From Longimicrobiales bacterium (GTDB lineage: Bacteria; Gemmatimonadota; Gemmatimonadetes; Longimicrobiales; Gaopeijiaceae): 64,000 bases of DNA. Below are positions 12,034-20,575 of this stretch, piece by piece. The stretch is taken from NCBI GenBank assembly GCA_965202805.1, contig OZ241869.1:2528001-2592000 (forward strand), given 5' to 3'. The translations under genes were made by a program, and so were the position numbers. How positions within the stretch are numbered: position 1 is the first letter of the stretch; every line of letters starts with the position of its first letter. The notes under the pieces are model-generated. The model was given only the letters and a program-made list of their open reading frames with translations, searched no databases and was not told where the DNA came from.

Positions 12034-12077
12034 CGTTCCACGAGTGATGTTCGGAGTGCGGGCACGCTAGACCGGCA

Positions 12078-12446
12078 ATGGAACCACCCGAGTATGCGGG
12101 AAGCAGGCTTACTATCAGGTGCATGGAGCAGACAAGCGGACGGTCGCCCGCACGCGAGTTCCTCCAAGCGCTGCCGGACAGGGAACGCCTGCGTGTGACT
12201 CTCATCATCAAGCAGTTGGGGGATCGAGGGTTCCTCACGAACGACACCAAGTTCAAGAAGCTCCGAGGCACGGACGGCATCTGGGAGATCAGGAGCGGTC
12301 GGAACAGGGTATTTTGCTTCTTCGCCCCCGGTCAGCTGATCCTCGCGCTGGGGACGGTGAAGAAGTCCGCGAAGGCCAAGCGGACGGACATAGAGAGGGC
12401 GATCAGGATGAGAGCCCAATTCAACGAGAGAACGAGAGAACGCTGA
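12078..12446 (+). CDS. Type II toxin, RelE/HigB (phage Gp49-like) family
   Basis: GRSPAREFLQAL, FKKLRGTDGIWEIRS..NRVFCFF, LALGTVKKS.K; toxin-first order; start 12078 or 12123. Confidence 0.85.
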   Translation: MEPPEYAGSRLTIRCMEQTSGRSPAREFLQALPDRERLRVTLIIKQLGDRGFLTNDTKFKKLRGTDGIWEIRSGRNRVFCFFAPGQLILALGTVKKSAKAKRTDIERAIRMRAQFNERTRER

Positions 12447-12901
12447 TGGAGACCGCCACAGCCTGGGTGCGCCGCAAGTCCGAGGATCCGTCGTTTCGCC
12501 AGCTGTACGAGGAGGAGCGGCTCATCCTGGAAGCGGCGGAGGAGATTGCGGCTGTCATGGCCGAGCACGGCCTCACCCGGGCGAACCTCGCCGAGCGGAT
12601 CGGCAGCAGCCGGGCAAATGTCACCCGGCTTCTGAGCGGGTCGCGCAACATGACCCTGCGAAGCCTCGCGAAGCTCGCCCACGCATGCGGCCATCGGGCA
12701 GAGGTGCAGTTGGCCGAACTCCACGACGAGGTGTTCGTGCCGGTGGGAAACTCGGTGACCCAAGTTGCGGCTGCCAGACGGGTCCCTGTCCCGGTGTTCA
12801 GGTCGTCGGACGGTGATCAGCGCACGATGGATCTGCCGCCCGCCGTCGCCGCCCATGTGCCTCGTAAGGCGCGCACGGGCGCAATCGCTCTAGCCGCCTA
12901 A
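12446..12901 (+). CDS. XRE/HigA-type HTH antitoxin with a long C-terminal extension (putative chaperone-addiction tail)
   Basis: HTH GLTRANLAERIGSSRANVTRLLSGSRNMTLRSL; ATG overlaps the toxin stop (TGATG); about 60-aa tail ending GAIALAA. Confidence 0.85.
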   Translation: METATAWVRRKSEDPSFRQLYEEERLILEAAEEIAAVMAEHGLTRANLAERIGSSRANVTRLLSGSRNMTLRSLAKLAHACGHRAEVQLAELHDEVFVPVGNSVTQVAAARRVPVPVFRSSDGDQRTMDLPPAVAAHVPRKARTGAIALAA

Positions 12902-12905
12902 GGGG

Positions 12906-13388
12906 GTGAGCGTGTCCACCACCCTCGACCTCGCGAGCCTTGTGGCCCGTGACGTGCAGATCGAGTCGGTCACTCTCGTCGGCGTCCGCATGGACGCGAC
13001 CGGAGAGTACGATGGACAACTGCTCCTGTCGAACCGATACCGTTGCAGGCACCGGCTGCACTCCGCGGAACCCGACCGGCTGCGCGTCTACGTCGACCTG
13101 CATTTCGATGCCTCCCCGGATGGAACGCCGTCGGAGGAGTCTAAGTCGCAGGTGGACCTGTCGGCGACCTTCCTCGCGACCTACGCCCTGAAGGACGCGG
13201 CCAAGTACTCCGCAGAGGCGTTTAAGCACTTTGCGGACCTGAACGGAACCTTCAACGTCTGGCCCTACTGGCGGGAACTGGTCCAGAGCATGACCGGACG
13301 GGCGGGCCTGGGCGGCATCACTGTGCCGGTGTTCAGGCCCAGCATCGAGGAAGTCAGCTTAGAGAACGAGTCGCCGGTTGGGGAGTGA
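12906..13388 (+). CDS. SecB-like chaperone (third component of a TAC system)
   Basis: Beta-rich body followed by the SecB-family C-terminal pattern FADLNGTFNVWPYWRELVQSMTGRAGLGGITVP; starts 4 nt after the antitoxin stop. Confidence 0.8.
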   Translation: MSVSTTLDLASLVARDVQIESVTLVGVRMDATGEYDGQLLLSNRYRCRHRLHSAEPDRLRVYVDLHFDASPDGTPSEESKSQVDLSATFLATYALKDAAKYSAEAFKHFADLNGTFNVWPYWRELVQSMTGRAGLGGITVPVFRPSIEEVSLENESPVGE

Positions 13389-13395
13389 TTCCCCC

Positions 13396-13715
13396 TCACG
13401 CCATCGCCACCTCGAGCCGTCTCCTTCCGCTTCTGCCTGCCGGGCATCATCCGGCTCGGCAGGCGGTGGAACCCCGAGCCGTGGTTCGGCGCGGCCATGT
13501 GGCAGAACTCGTGTGCGATCACGTAGTCGATCGCATCCGGCGGGGCCTCGATGAGGCGGCGGTTGAGGAGCAGGCCACCCGCTGGCGAGAGCGACCCCCA
13601 CCGGTTCTTCATCCGCCGCACGATGAGCCCGGCGGGACAGAATCGGTCCGCGTCTGGGAAGAGGCCCAACACGGCCTCCAGCCGTTCGGCTTGGGACTCG
13701 CCTGCGAGCTCCTCC
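13396..13715 (-). pseudogene. Truncated, frameshifted M48/YgjP (DUF45, SprT-like) zinc metalloprotease remnant
   Basis: MKNRWGS...LNRRLIEAPPDAIDYVIAHEFCH...NHG; N-terminal half absent; the natural-looking end KRKE-RLEVAMA* needs a 1-nt shift near 13420. Confidence 0.75.
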
Positions 13716-14753
13716 TCAGCCGTCTCGCGAAGTCTTGAAGTGTTCCACGATCAGGCCGCCGTGGAAGCGCCCGTTCTCGATGAAGATCTTGTTGGCGTCG
13801 TGGCCCGCGGCAAGCACGCCCGCGATGTAGATGCCGGGCGTGTTGGTCTCCATGGTGGCGCGGTCGTGACCGGGAATGCCGGTTTCTCCATCGATTTCGA
13901 CGCCTACGCTCTTCAGCAGCCGCGGTGAAGCCCGCCAGCCGGTCATCGCGAAGACCCAGTCGTTGGCGAGCTCGGTGATCTCGCCCGTCTCCAGATGCTC
14001 CAGTACGACGCTGCCTTGCCGGATCTCCGCGACCCGTGTCGTGAAGTGGGTCGCGATCTCCCCGAACCTGATCCGGTTGGTGATGTCCGGAACCACCCAC
14101 GGCTTCACGCCCTGGTCGATGCCGTCGAAGATGTGGACCAGCGTGACCCGCGCATGGGCCCGGAAGAGCTCCAGCGCGGCCTCCACCGCGGAGTTCCGCC
14201 CCCCCACCACGAGCACGTCCTGGTCGTAGTAGGGATCGGGCTCCCGGTAGTAGTGGTGCACCTTGGGCAGGTCCTCTCCCGGAACACCCAGGTAGTTGGG
14301 CTCGTGGAAGCTCCCGGTCGCGATCACCACGGCGCGGGCGCGGTGGCTTGCGCGGGCACCGTCGCGGCGGCGCGTGCGCAGCAGGAAGTCACCCCTGCGG
14401 CCCTCGATCGCCAGGACCTCCTCGTGCTGGCGGACATCCAGCCCGAAATGCCGCACGACGCGCCGGTAGTAGACGAGCGCGTCCCGGCGCGACGGCTTGC
14501 CGGACGCCAGAATGAAGGGCACGCCCTCGATCTCCAGCTTCTCCGCCGTGGAGAAGAAGGTCATGTAGGGCGGATAGTGGATGATCGATTCGGTGATGAA
14601 CCCGCGGTCGAAGACGGTGGCCGAAACCCCTCCGACCCTGGCCGCGCTCGCCGCCGCCAGGCCGCAGGGCCCCGCACCCACAATCGCCAGGTCGACGGGC
14701 TCGCCTTCGCTGGCCATCCCGCCCCGGGCGGAAAGCGCTTCGATATCGGACAT
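13716..14753 (-). CDS. ypdA: YpdA-family FAD/NADPH oxidoreductase (putative bacillithiol disulfide reductase)
   Basis: IVGAGPCGLAA, YPPYMTFFSTAEKLEI, VHHYYREPDPY, VKPWVVPDITNRI, IFIENGRFHG; start may be 14717. Confidence 0.88.
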   Translation of the reverse strand: MSDIEALSARGGMASEGEPVDLAIVGAGPCGLAAASAARVGGVSATVFDRGFITESIIHYPPYMTFFSTAEKLEIEGVPFILASGKPSRRDALVYYRRVVRHFGLDVRQHEEVLAIEGRRGDFLLRTRRRDGARASHRARAVVIATGSFHEPNYLGVPGEDLPKVHHYYREPDPYYDQDVLVVGGRNSAVEAALELFRAHARVTLVHIFDGIDQGVKPWVVPDITNRIRFGEIATHFTTRVAEIRQGSVVLEHLETGEITELANDWVFAMTGWRASPRLLKSVGVEIDGETGIPGHDRATMETNTPGIYIAGVLAAGHDANKIFIENGRFHGGLIVEHFKTSRDG

Positions 14754-14795
14754 CTTCCTTGCGTCGTCGGTTTTCGCGGCGCGGAACCGGGAAAC

Positions 14796-14837
14796 ATCTA
14801 CGCTCTGAACCTATTGATCTACGCTCTGAACCCATAG
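14796..14837. repeat. Tandem 21-bp direct repeat (2 copies)
   Basis: ATCTACGCTCTGAACCTATTG followed by ATCTACGCTCTGAACCCATAG (19/21 identical) in the divergent intergenic region. Confidence 0.85.
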
Positions 14838-14963
14838 CTACAGAGGCGCATGTCCGGCTGATCCCCGAGACGAACGCCCGGGGACGGCCCCCGGTGCGGG
14901 AACGCCGCCGCGGCTGGAGCGTACCGTTGGAGCACCTTCCACATCCTCAGGGAGCGTCGACAG

Positions 14964-15236
14964 ATGGCACAGGCCGAAGCGGAGGCGCGCAGAGCCGCGA
15001 ATCGACTGCGGAGGGCGCTGGAGAAGTCGCACCGGGAAATCGACGCGCTGGAAGGGGCGCTCTCCAGAGCCGAGGGCGACGACTTCCCGGCGCACGCCTA
15101 CGAAGAAGCCCGCGGACGGATCGATCGGGTGGTGGAATTCGTGGAAGAGGAGTCCCGCCGGCTCCAGCACAAGATCCTGGTGGCAGGAGGTCTCGAGCCC
15201 GGACGGGTTCGACGTGCCTCTTCCCGGGATGGATGA
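14964..15236 (+). CDS. Small helical hypothetical protein (90 aa)
   Basis: GGGAG RBS, charged coiled-coil-like sequence, stop overlaps the next ATG (ATGA). Confidence 0.65.
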   Translation: MAQAEAEARRAANRLRRALEKSHREIDALEGALSRAEGDDFPAHAYEEARGRIDRVVEFVEEESRRLQHKILVAGGLEPGRVRRASSRDG

Positions 15237-16339
15237 ACGGCTACGCGCTCCGTGACGATCTGATCGGCGTCATGGGAGCGGGGGTCGCCACGCCCCTGTC
15301 CGACGCGGATTTCGACGACCTCGCGCGCCGTGTCTCCGAACACCAGTGGCAACGCAACCCGGTATTCGCCCGCTTCTGCGCGGCGCGCGGAGTCCAGCCG
15401 GGTTCATGGTCCTCGTGGCGCGCCCTCCCTCCCGTGCCCGCGCGTGCATTCCGGGAGCGCGGCCTCGTGTCCCGGGGGCCCTGCGAGGCGATCTTTCGAA
15501 CCAGCGGAACCACGGGCGGCGGGGCGGAGCGCGGAGAGCACCGCATCCCCGACCTGTCGCTCTACCACGCCTCGCTGCTCCCCAACTTCGAAGCGCATCT
15601 GCTTCCCGACGGCGCACGCCTGCCCATGGTCTCGCTCATACCGCCTCCGCGCGAGGTTCCGGATTCCTCGCTCAGCCACATGATCGGCGTCGTGGAGGAC
15701 GAGCTCGCGGGCGAGACCGGCTATTTAGTCGGAGGGGACGGGAGTTTGGACGAGCGCGGGCTGCGATCCGCTCTTCGCGACGCGGAGGGAGCAGGAGATC
15801 CGGTCCTGGTGGTCGGGACCGCCTTTGCCTTCGTGCACCTGCTGGATGCCTTGACCGCGGACGGGACCCGCTTTCGGCTGCCGGCCGGCTCGCGGGTGAT
15901 GGAGACGGGAGGCTTCAAGGGACGCACCCGCGCCGTTCCCCGTGCGGAACTCTACGAGGGCATCCACCGCCGACTCGGCATTCCGCCGCGCCGGATCGTG
16001 AACGAATACGGCATGACGGAACTGCTCTCGCAGTTCTACGAGCCGGTGCTCACGGAGGGAGCGCGTCTGCATCGCCCGCCACCGTGGGTGCGCACGCGTG
16101 TGCTCGACCCGGCGACCCTCGAGACGCTTCCGCCGGGGCGCGAGGGGCTGCTGTGCCACTTCGACCTCGCCAACCTGGGATCGGTGTGCTGCCTGCTCAC
16201 CGAGGACCTGGGCGTAGAGCCCCCGCAGGCCGAAGGAAACGGCTTTCGCGTGCTGGGCCGGAATCCAGGAGCGGAGCCGCGCGGGTGCTCGCTGGCGATG
16301 GACGACCTCATGACCGCCGTCCGCGGCCCGGGGCGATGA
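15233..16339 (+). CDS. LuxE-like acyl-protein synthetase
   Basis: FRTSGTTG, METGGFKGR, NEYGMTELLSQFY, FDLAN, TEDLG, C-terminal GAEPRGCS. Confidence 0.85.
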   Translation: MNGYALRDDLIGVMGAGVATPLSDADFDDLARRVSEHQWQRNPVFARFCAARGVQPGSWSSWRALPPVPARAFRERGLVSRGPCEAIFRTSGTTGGGAERGEHRIPDLSLYHASLLPNFEAHLLPDGARLPMVSLIPPPREVPDSSLSHMIGVVEDELAGETGYLVGGDGSLDERGLRSALRDAEGAGDPVLVVGTAFAFVHLLDALTADGTRFRLPAGSRVMETGGFKGRTRAVPRAELYEGIHRRLGIPPRRIVNEYGMTELLSQFYEPVLTEGARLHRPPPWVRTRVLDPATLETLPPGREGLLCHFDLANLGSVCCLLTEDLGVEPPQAEGNGFRVLGRNPGAEPRGCSLAMDDLMTAVRGPGR

Positions 16340-17862
16340 CAACCTTCCCGGCCTGGTGGCTCCCGCCCGGGCTGCCGGGCGAGGGGACATCCGCGGCGGA
16401 CGCGGCGGCGGAAGGGAAGGCTGCTGTGGCGGGGAAGCTCGGTGGCGGCACCCACACCCCGTTCCCCGCAGGGCGGGACCCGGAGGCGGTGCAGCCGGTG
16501 GACGAACGACCGGCTTTCTCCACCGCGTCCGCAAGCGACCACCTCCGACTCCGCTTCCCCACCCCCGACCCCGCGTTCGCGCGCCGCCTGTGCGACCAGC
16601 TCATCGACGCGGGCACCCGCCTGCATGAGCGCCGCACCGACGCGCTGGTGGCGTCGCTGGGTCGCGCCGGAGCCCGCTTTCTCGACCCCGCCGACCCGAT
16701 CCGCACCGCGGCGCTCGACCTGCTGCCCGCCGCCGCCGGGCTCTCCCCCGCCATGGCCCGGGAGGTCCTGGACGGAATGGCGCGCGACTGGACCGCCGAC
16801 CGTCTCACCCGGCTGGTGCGCGCACAGTTTCCCGATCCGGGCGTGCTGGACGGCTTTCGGCCGGGGCCCGGCGGGTCACGGGTGCGGGCGTTCGGCCACC
16901 GACTGGTCGTGCAACTGGGCGCGGGCAACGTGGCGGGGGTGTCGGTCGGAGGGGTGGCGCGCGCACTCCTTGCCCGCTCCCCCGTGCTGCTCAAACCCGG
17001 CCTTCACGATGCCGTGCTCCCGGTGCTCTACGCCCGCGCCCTGGCCGACTGCGACCCGGAACTGGCGGCCGCCCTGGCCGTGCTCTACTGGCCGGGAGGC
17101 GCCGCCGCGGTCGAGGCGGAAGTGCTCGCCCGCGCCGGTCTGGTGGTGGTGTACGGCGGCGCCGACACGGTGGAGGCCGTGCGCGCCCGCATCCCCGCGA
17201 CCACCTCCCTGGTGGCGTACACCCACCGGGTCGGGGTCGCCCTGGTCGGCCGCGGGGCGCTCGCCGGCGGGCGGGCGGACCGAACCGCCCTGGATGCCGC
17301 GCGCGCCGCAGCCGCCTTCGACCAGCGGGGTTGCGTCTCCCCTCACCTCTTCTGGGTGGAGGAGGGCGGCGCGCTCACCCCCGCCGGGTGGGCCGCCCGC
17401 CTGGCTTCCGCCATGGCCGAGGTCGAAGAGGATCTCCCCGCCGGCCCCACCCCTCCGGAGGTCGCGTCGCAGGTCCAGCAGCTGCGCGGCACCTGGGAGC
17501 TGAAGCAGGCGGCCGGGGAGGGTGCGCGCGTCTTCCGCCCGGCGGGCGCGGAGTGGACGGTGGTCTACGACCCCGACCCGGCCTTCTCGGCGTCCTGCCT
17601 GGGCCGCTTCGTCCGGGTGAAGCCCGTCCCCGACCTCGAGGGGGTCGCCGACCTGCTGGCCGGGCTGCGCCCGTATCTGCAGACCGCCGCTCTGTGCGGC
17701 GCGGGCGGGCGGGCACCTTCTCTGGTCGAGCAGCTGGGAAGGGTGGGCGTCAGCCGCGTTACCTCGCTACGCCGCATGCCGTGGCCGCCTGCCTGGTGGC
17801 ACCACGACGGCGGCGACCCGTTGCGGGCGCTCGTCCGCTGGGTTGACTGGGAAACGGAGTAG
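16336..17862 (+). CDS. LuxC-like acyl-CoA reductase (ALDH fold)
   Basis: GAGNV, YWPGG, VVYGGADTV, catalytic FDQRGCVSP, WHHDG; ATGA overlap with the luxE-like gene. Confidence 0.85.
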   Translation: MTTFPAWWLPPGLPGEGTSAADAAAEGKAAVAGKLGGGTHTPFPAGRDPEAVQPVDERPAFSTASASDHLRLRFPTPDPAFARRLCDQLIDAGTRLHERRTDALVASLGRAGARFLDPADPIRTAALDLLPAAAGLSPAMAREVLDGMARDWTADRLTRLVRAQFPDPGVLDGFRPGPGGSRVRAFGHRLVVQLGAGNVAGVSVGGVARALLARSPVLLKPGLHDAVLPVLYARALADCDPELAAALAVLYWPGGAAAVEAEVLARAGLVVVYGGADTVEAVRARIPATTSLVAYTHRVGVALVGRGALAGGRADRTALDAARAAAAFDQRGCVSPHLFWVEEGGALTPAGWAARLASAMAEVEEDLPAGPTPPEVASQVQQLRGTWELKQAAGEGARVFRPAGAEWTVVYDPDPAFSASCLGRFVRVKPVPDLEGVADLLAGLRPYLQTAALCGAGGRAPSLVEQLGRVGVSRVTSLRRMPWPPAWWHHDGGDPLRALVRWVDWETE

Positions 17863-17882
17863 AAGGCCCGCTGCCCGGTCCG

Positions 17883-18071
17883 TCAGTCCTCCGGCTGGTC
17901 CTCCGAGCGCCAGACAACCAGCTGACGCGACCCGTTCGAAGCCTCCACCCGCACCCTCAGCATGTCTCCCTCCACGATGCCGAGGTGGTCGCGCATCTCC
18001 TGGGGGATGGTGATCCTTCCCCCAACTCCCACGACAACGTCGCCGTAGTACAGCGAGCGATAGATGGCCAT
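17883..18071 (-). CDS. AbrB/MazE/SpoVT-family DNA-binding protein (stand-alone)
   Basis: VGVGGRITIPQEMRDHLGIVEGDMLRV swapped-hairpin signature. Confidence 0.8.
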   Translation of the reverse strand: MAIYRSLYYGDVVVGVGGRITIPQEMRDHLGIVEGDMLRVRVEASNGSRQLVVWRSEDQPED

Positions 18072-18098
18072 GGCTTTCCCTGTGTCTGGAATCGAATC

Positions 18099-18120
18099 AA
18101 AAAACCGGAAGTGGTTTCCG
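18099..18120 (-). terminator. Short hairpin plus U-tract, possible intrinsic terminator between the GWxTD and AbrB genes
   Basis: Minus strand CGGAA-accac-TTCCG-G-TTTTTT; stem only 5 bp. Confidence 0.4.
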
Positions 18121-18266
18121 TAGTATGGCCTGACGGAGACGGCCCGACGAGGCGGCGTTTCCCGGCCGGGAAGTTGCCGCAAGCCCATCCTGTTAACCTA
18201 GCGACGAGCGCAAGACCTGTGCACGCGGCATCGGCGCACGCCTGGCTGCGCCAACCCCGCCCCCCG

Positions 18267-20570
18267 TTATCGCGGGTCGCCCTCCGGCCTGCGGATGGTG
18301 AGCTCGCGCTCCACGGTGACCGACGCGCCGGTGGTCCGGTCGGTGATGGCGATGATGAGCCGGTGCGCCCCCTCCCCCGCTTCTTCCGCGGAGACCGAGA
18401 AGTACTCGGGCACCACCCCGTCGACGGGCTCGACGTTGCGCACGAAACGGACGGCCAGCTCGCCTTCCGCGCCCCGTATCAGGTTGCCCAGCGAGCGCAG
18501 GAGGCGCGCGCCCACGCTGCGCCGCTCCGCGTCCTGCAGCGTCACTTCCACGGTGTACTCCGACGAACCCGTGAAGTCGGTGGTCAGACCGTAGAGTTCC
18601 AGGTAGACGTGGATGTCGTCGTGCGCGTCGAAGATCAGGTCGCGCGAGGCGCCGATGGCAAAGTCGCGCCATCCGCCGGGCCGGTCGACCCGCGGCACCA
18701 CGCCCCCGGCCAGGACCAGATCGGAGGTGGACAGGCCCACCCGCCGTGCCGGAATGGCGGTGATCGTCCCCCGGTTGCGCGCGGCCACGCGGGAATCCGC
18801 CGCCAGCCCCTCGAGCGAGTACTCGAAGGTTCCGCGGGGCAGCTCGAAGGTGAACAGAACGTTGCCGGTGTCTTCGGCCTTCACCGCGTGCGTCACGCTG
18901 GCCGAGTCCTCATAGCTGCGGTTGAACAGGAACATGCCGACGCGCACGGAGTCGCCCTCGAACAGATTGAAGGAGTCCGGGTCGGCGCGCAGGAAGGCCA
19001 GCACCTCCACCTGCCCGGGCGCCGCCCCCCGGAAGCGGGCGATCTGCGCGGGGATCTCGGTCCAGCGGTTGACCGCCCGGCTCTCGAAGGTGGTGGTGGC
19101 CTCGCTTTCGCTGACCTGGCGCAGATACTGCCCGGTGTTTGCGTCGAAGTCGAAATCGACCCGGTTGTAGCCGAGCTGCCGGCGGAACACGAAACTGGGC
19201 ACCTCCAGCCGATAATTCCAGAAGATCCACCTGTCGTTGGCGCTGGCTCCGACCCGCTGGCCCGCACCGAGCCCCACGCCGGCGCCATCCCGCCGCAGCA
19301 TCCAGATGTTTTCCGGCATGCCGTAGCGAATCAGCACCTGCCCCCGGTCGCTGCTCCAGCCCGGCAGGCGCCGCTCCGGGTCTCCGAAGGCCAACTCCGC
19401 GTAGGTGACCCGCGCCACATGCTCCATCAGCCGCTCGTTCTCCGGTATGAGAAACAGCGGGTCGGACTTGGCCCACAGGATGCGCTCGTATTCCCGGGCT
19501 TCCTCCGCTTCGAGCTGTTGATACGAGGCCCTGTCCTCGTCATCCAGCAGGTAGGAAATGTTGTCGTAGGGCGCTCGCTCCGCTGGAGGCATGAGCGCGA
19601 GGCCTGTGTCGAAGGCGTCGCGCGCCGCCGCCCACTGCAGCGACTCGTAGAACGCCAGCCCCAGGAAGATGTGTGCATGGGAATCTTCGGGATTCACTTC
19701 GGCGAGGCGCCGAGCCTCGGCCGCCATGTCCTCGAAGCGGCCCTGGCGGTGGAGCAGCGCGAGCAGTCCGCGGGCGGCCTGAGGGTGGTCCGGGACGTGC
19801 GACAGAGCCGCTCGATAGTGGGCTTCGATGCGCGGCGGGTAGTCCACGTCGCGGTCGCTGGCGCGTCCCGCGCCCGCGAGCTGCCGGTTGAACGTGCGCG
19901 GTTCCGTGTAGTTGAGGCAGAAGGCCTGGACCCCGGCCGGACAGCGCGTCGATCCGGCGTACTCGTCCGTCCCGGGCGACCCGTCCCGCCGCCACCCGGC
20001 GGGCAGGAAGACCATGTGCTCGAAGTCCTCCATTTCCTCCGTGAGGATGCGGGCCAGCACAAAGTGCGACTGGGCCAGGACGTGTGGCTCAACGGCGCGG
20101 CTGCTCTCGGACCCCACCGTCCGTTCCAGAATCCTGCGCGCGTCCACGCGCATGAACTGGCGCCGTTTCAGGAGGGCCATCTCCAGCAGCACGCCCGCGT
20201 CCTCGTGGAGTCCCTCGTACGCCTCTTCCAGCAGCGCTTCCGCCTCCATCCGCTGCCTGAAGTCGGTCTCCCCCAGCGGCGCGGTGCGCGCCAGCAGCGT
20301 GCCCAGGGCGAATGCGATGTGGGGATCCCGGTCGTCTTCGTCCCGCGCCCTGCGCAACAGCCCCAGTGCGGCGGTCGTGTCCCCGGCTTCGACCAGGCTC
20401 GTGGCCTGGGCGACGGCGCGCGGCACCGAGACCTCCTGGACAGACTGCCCCTGAGACGCGGGCGCCGCGGGACGGACGGGAATCGCGGAAGCCGAAGCGG
20501 GTGCGGACAGGATGAGTGCCCATGCCAGCCACGCCCGGAGTCCGCGGGACGCCCGGAGGGACCGGCCCAC
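18267..20570 (-). CDS. Exported GWxTD-domain protein with TPR-like N-terminal region
   Basis: Signal-like LAWALILSAPASA; WAKSDPLFLIPENERLMEHVARVTYAE..F...PGWSSDRGQVLIRYGMP; start approximate. Confidence 0.8.
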   Translation of the reverse strand: MGRSLRASRGLRAWLAWALILSAPASASAIPVRPAAPASQGQSVQEVSVPRAVAQATSLVEAGDTTAALGLLRRARDEDDRDPHIAFALGTLLARTAPLGETDFRQRMEAEALLEEAYEGLHEDAGVLLEMALLKRRQFMRVDARRILERTVGSESSRAVEPHVLAQSHFVLARILTEEMEDFEHMVFLPAGWRRDGSPGTDEYAGSTRCPAGVQAFCLNYTEPRTFNRQLAGAGRASDRDVDYPPRIEAHYRAALSHVPDHPQAARGLLALLHRQGRFEDMAAEARRLAEVNPEDSHAHIFLGLAFYESLQWAAARDAFDTGLALMPPAERAPYDNISYLLDDEDRASYQQLEAEEAREYERILWAKSDPLFLIPENERLMEHVARVTYAELAFGDPERRLPGWSSDRGQVLIRYGMPENIWMLRRDGAGVGLGAGQRVGASANDRWIFWNYRLEVPSFVFRRQLGYNRVDFDFDANTGQYLRQVSESEATTTFESRAVNRWTEIPAQIARFRGAAPGQVEVLAFLRADPDSFNLFEGDSVRVGMFLFNRSYEDSASVTHAVKAEDTGNVLFTFELPRGTFEYSLEGLAADSRVAARNRGTITAIPARRVGLSTSDLVLAGGVVPRVDRPGGWRDFAIGASRDLIFDAHDDIHVYLELYGLTTDFTGSSEYTVEVTLQDAERRSVGARLLRSLGNLIRGAEGELAVRFVRNVEPVDGVVPEYFSVSAEEAGEGAHRLIIAITDRTTGASVTVERELTIRRPEGDPR

Positions 20571-20575
20571 GACGG

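Noticed and set aside
11886..13715. Intact prophage, IS or integrative element around the TAC operon
   Set aside because: No integrase, transposase, tRNA target or flanking direct repeats were found by eye
14796..14837. CRISPR mini-array
   Set aside because: The repeats abut with no spacers, there are only two copies, and there are no cas genes
15233..17862. Bioluminescence operon
   Set aside because: No luxA, luxB, luxD or luxG in the window
17883..18071. AbrB-type toxin-antitoxin pair
   Set aside because: No toxin ORF follows; the gene ends convergently against the luxC-like gene
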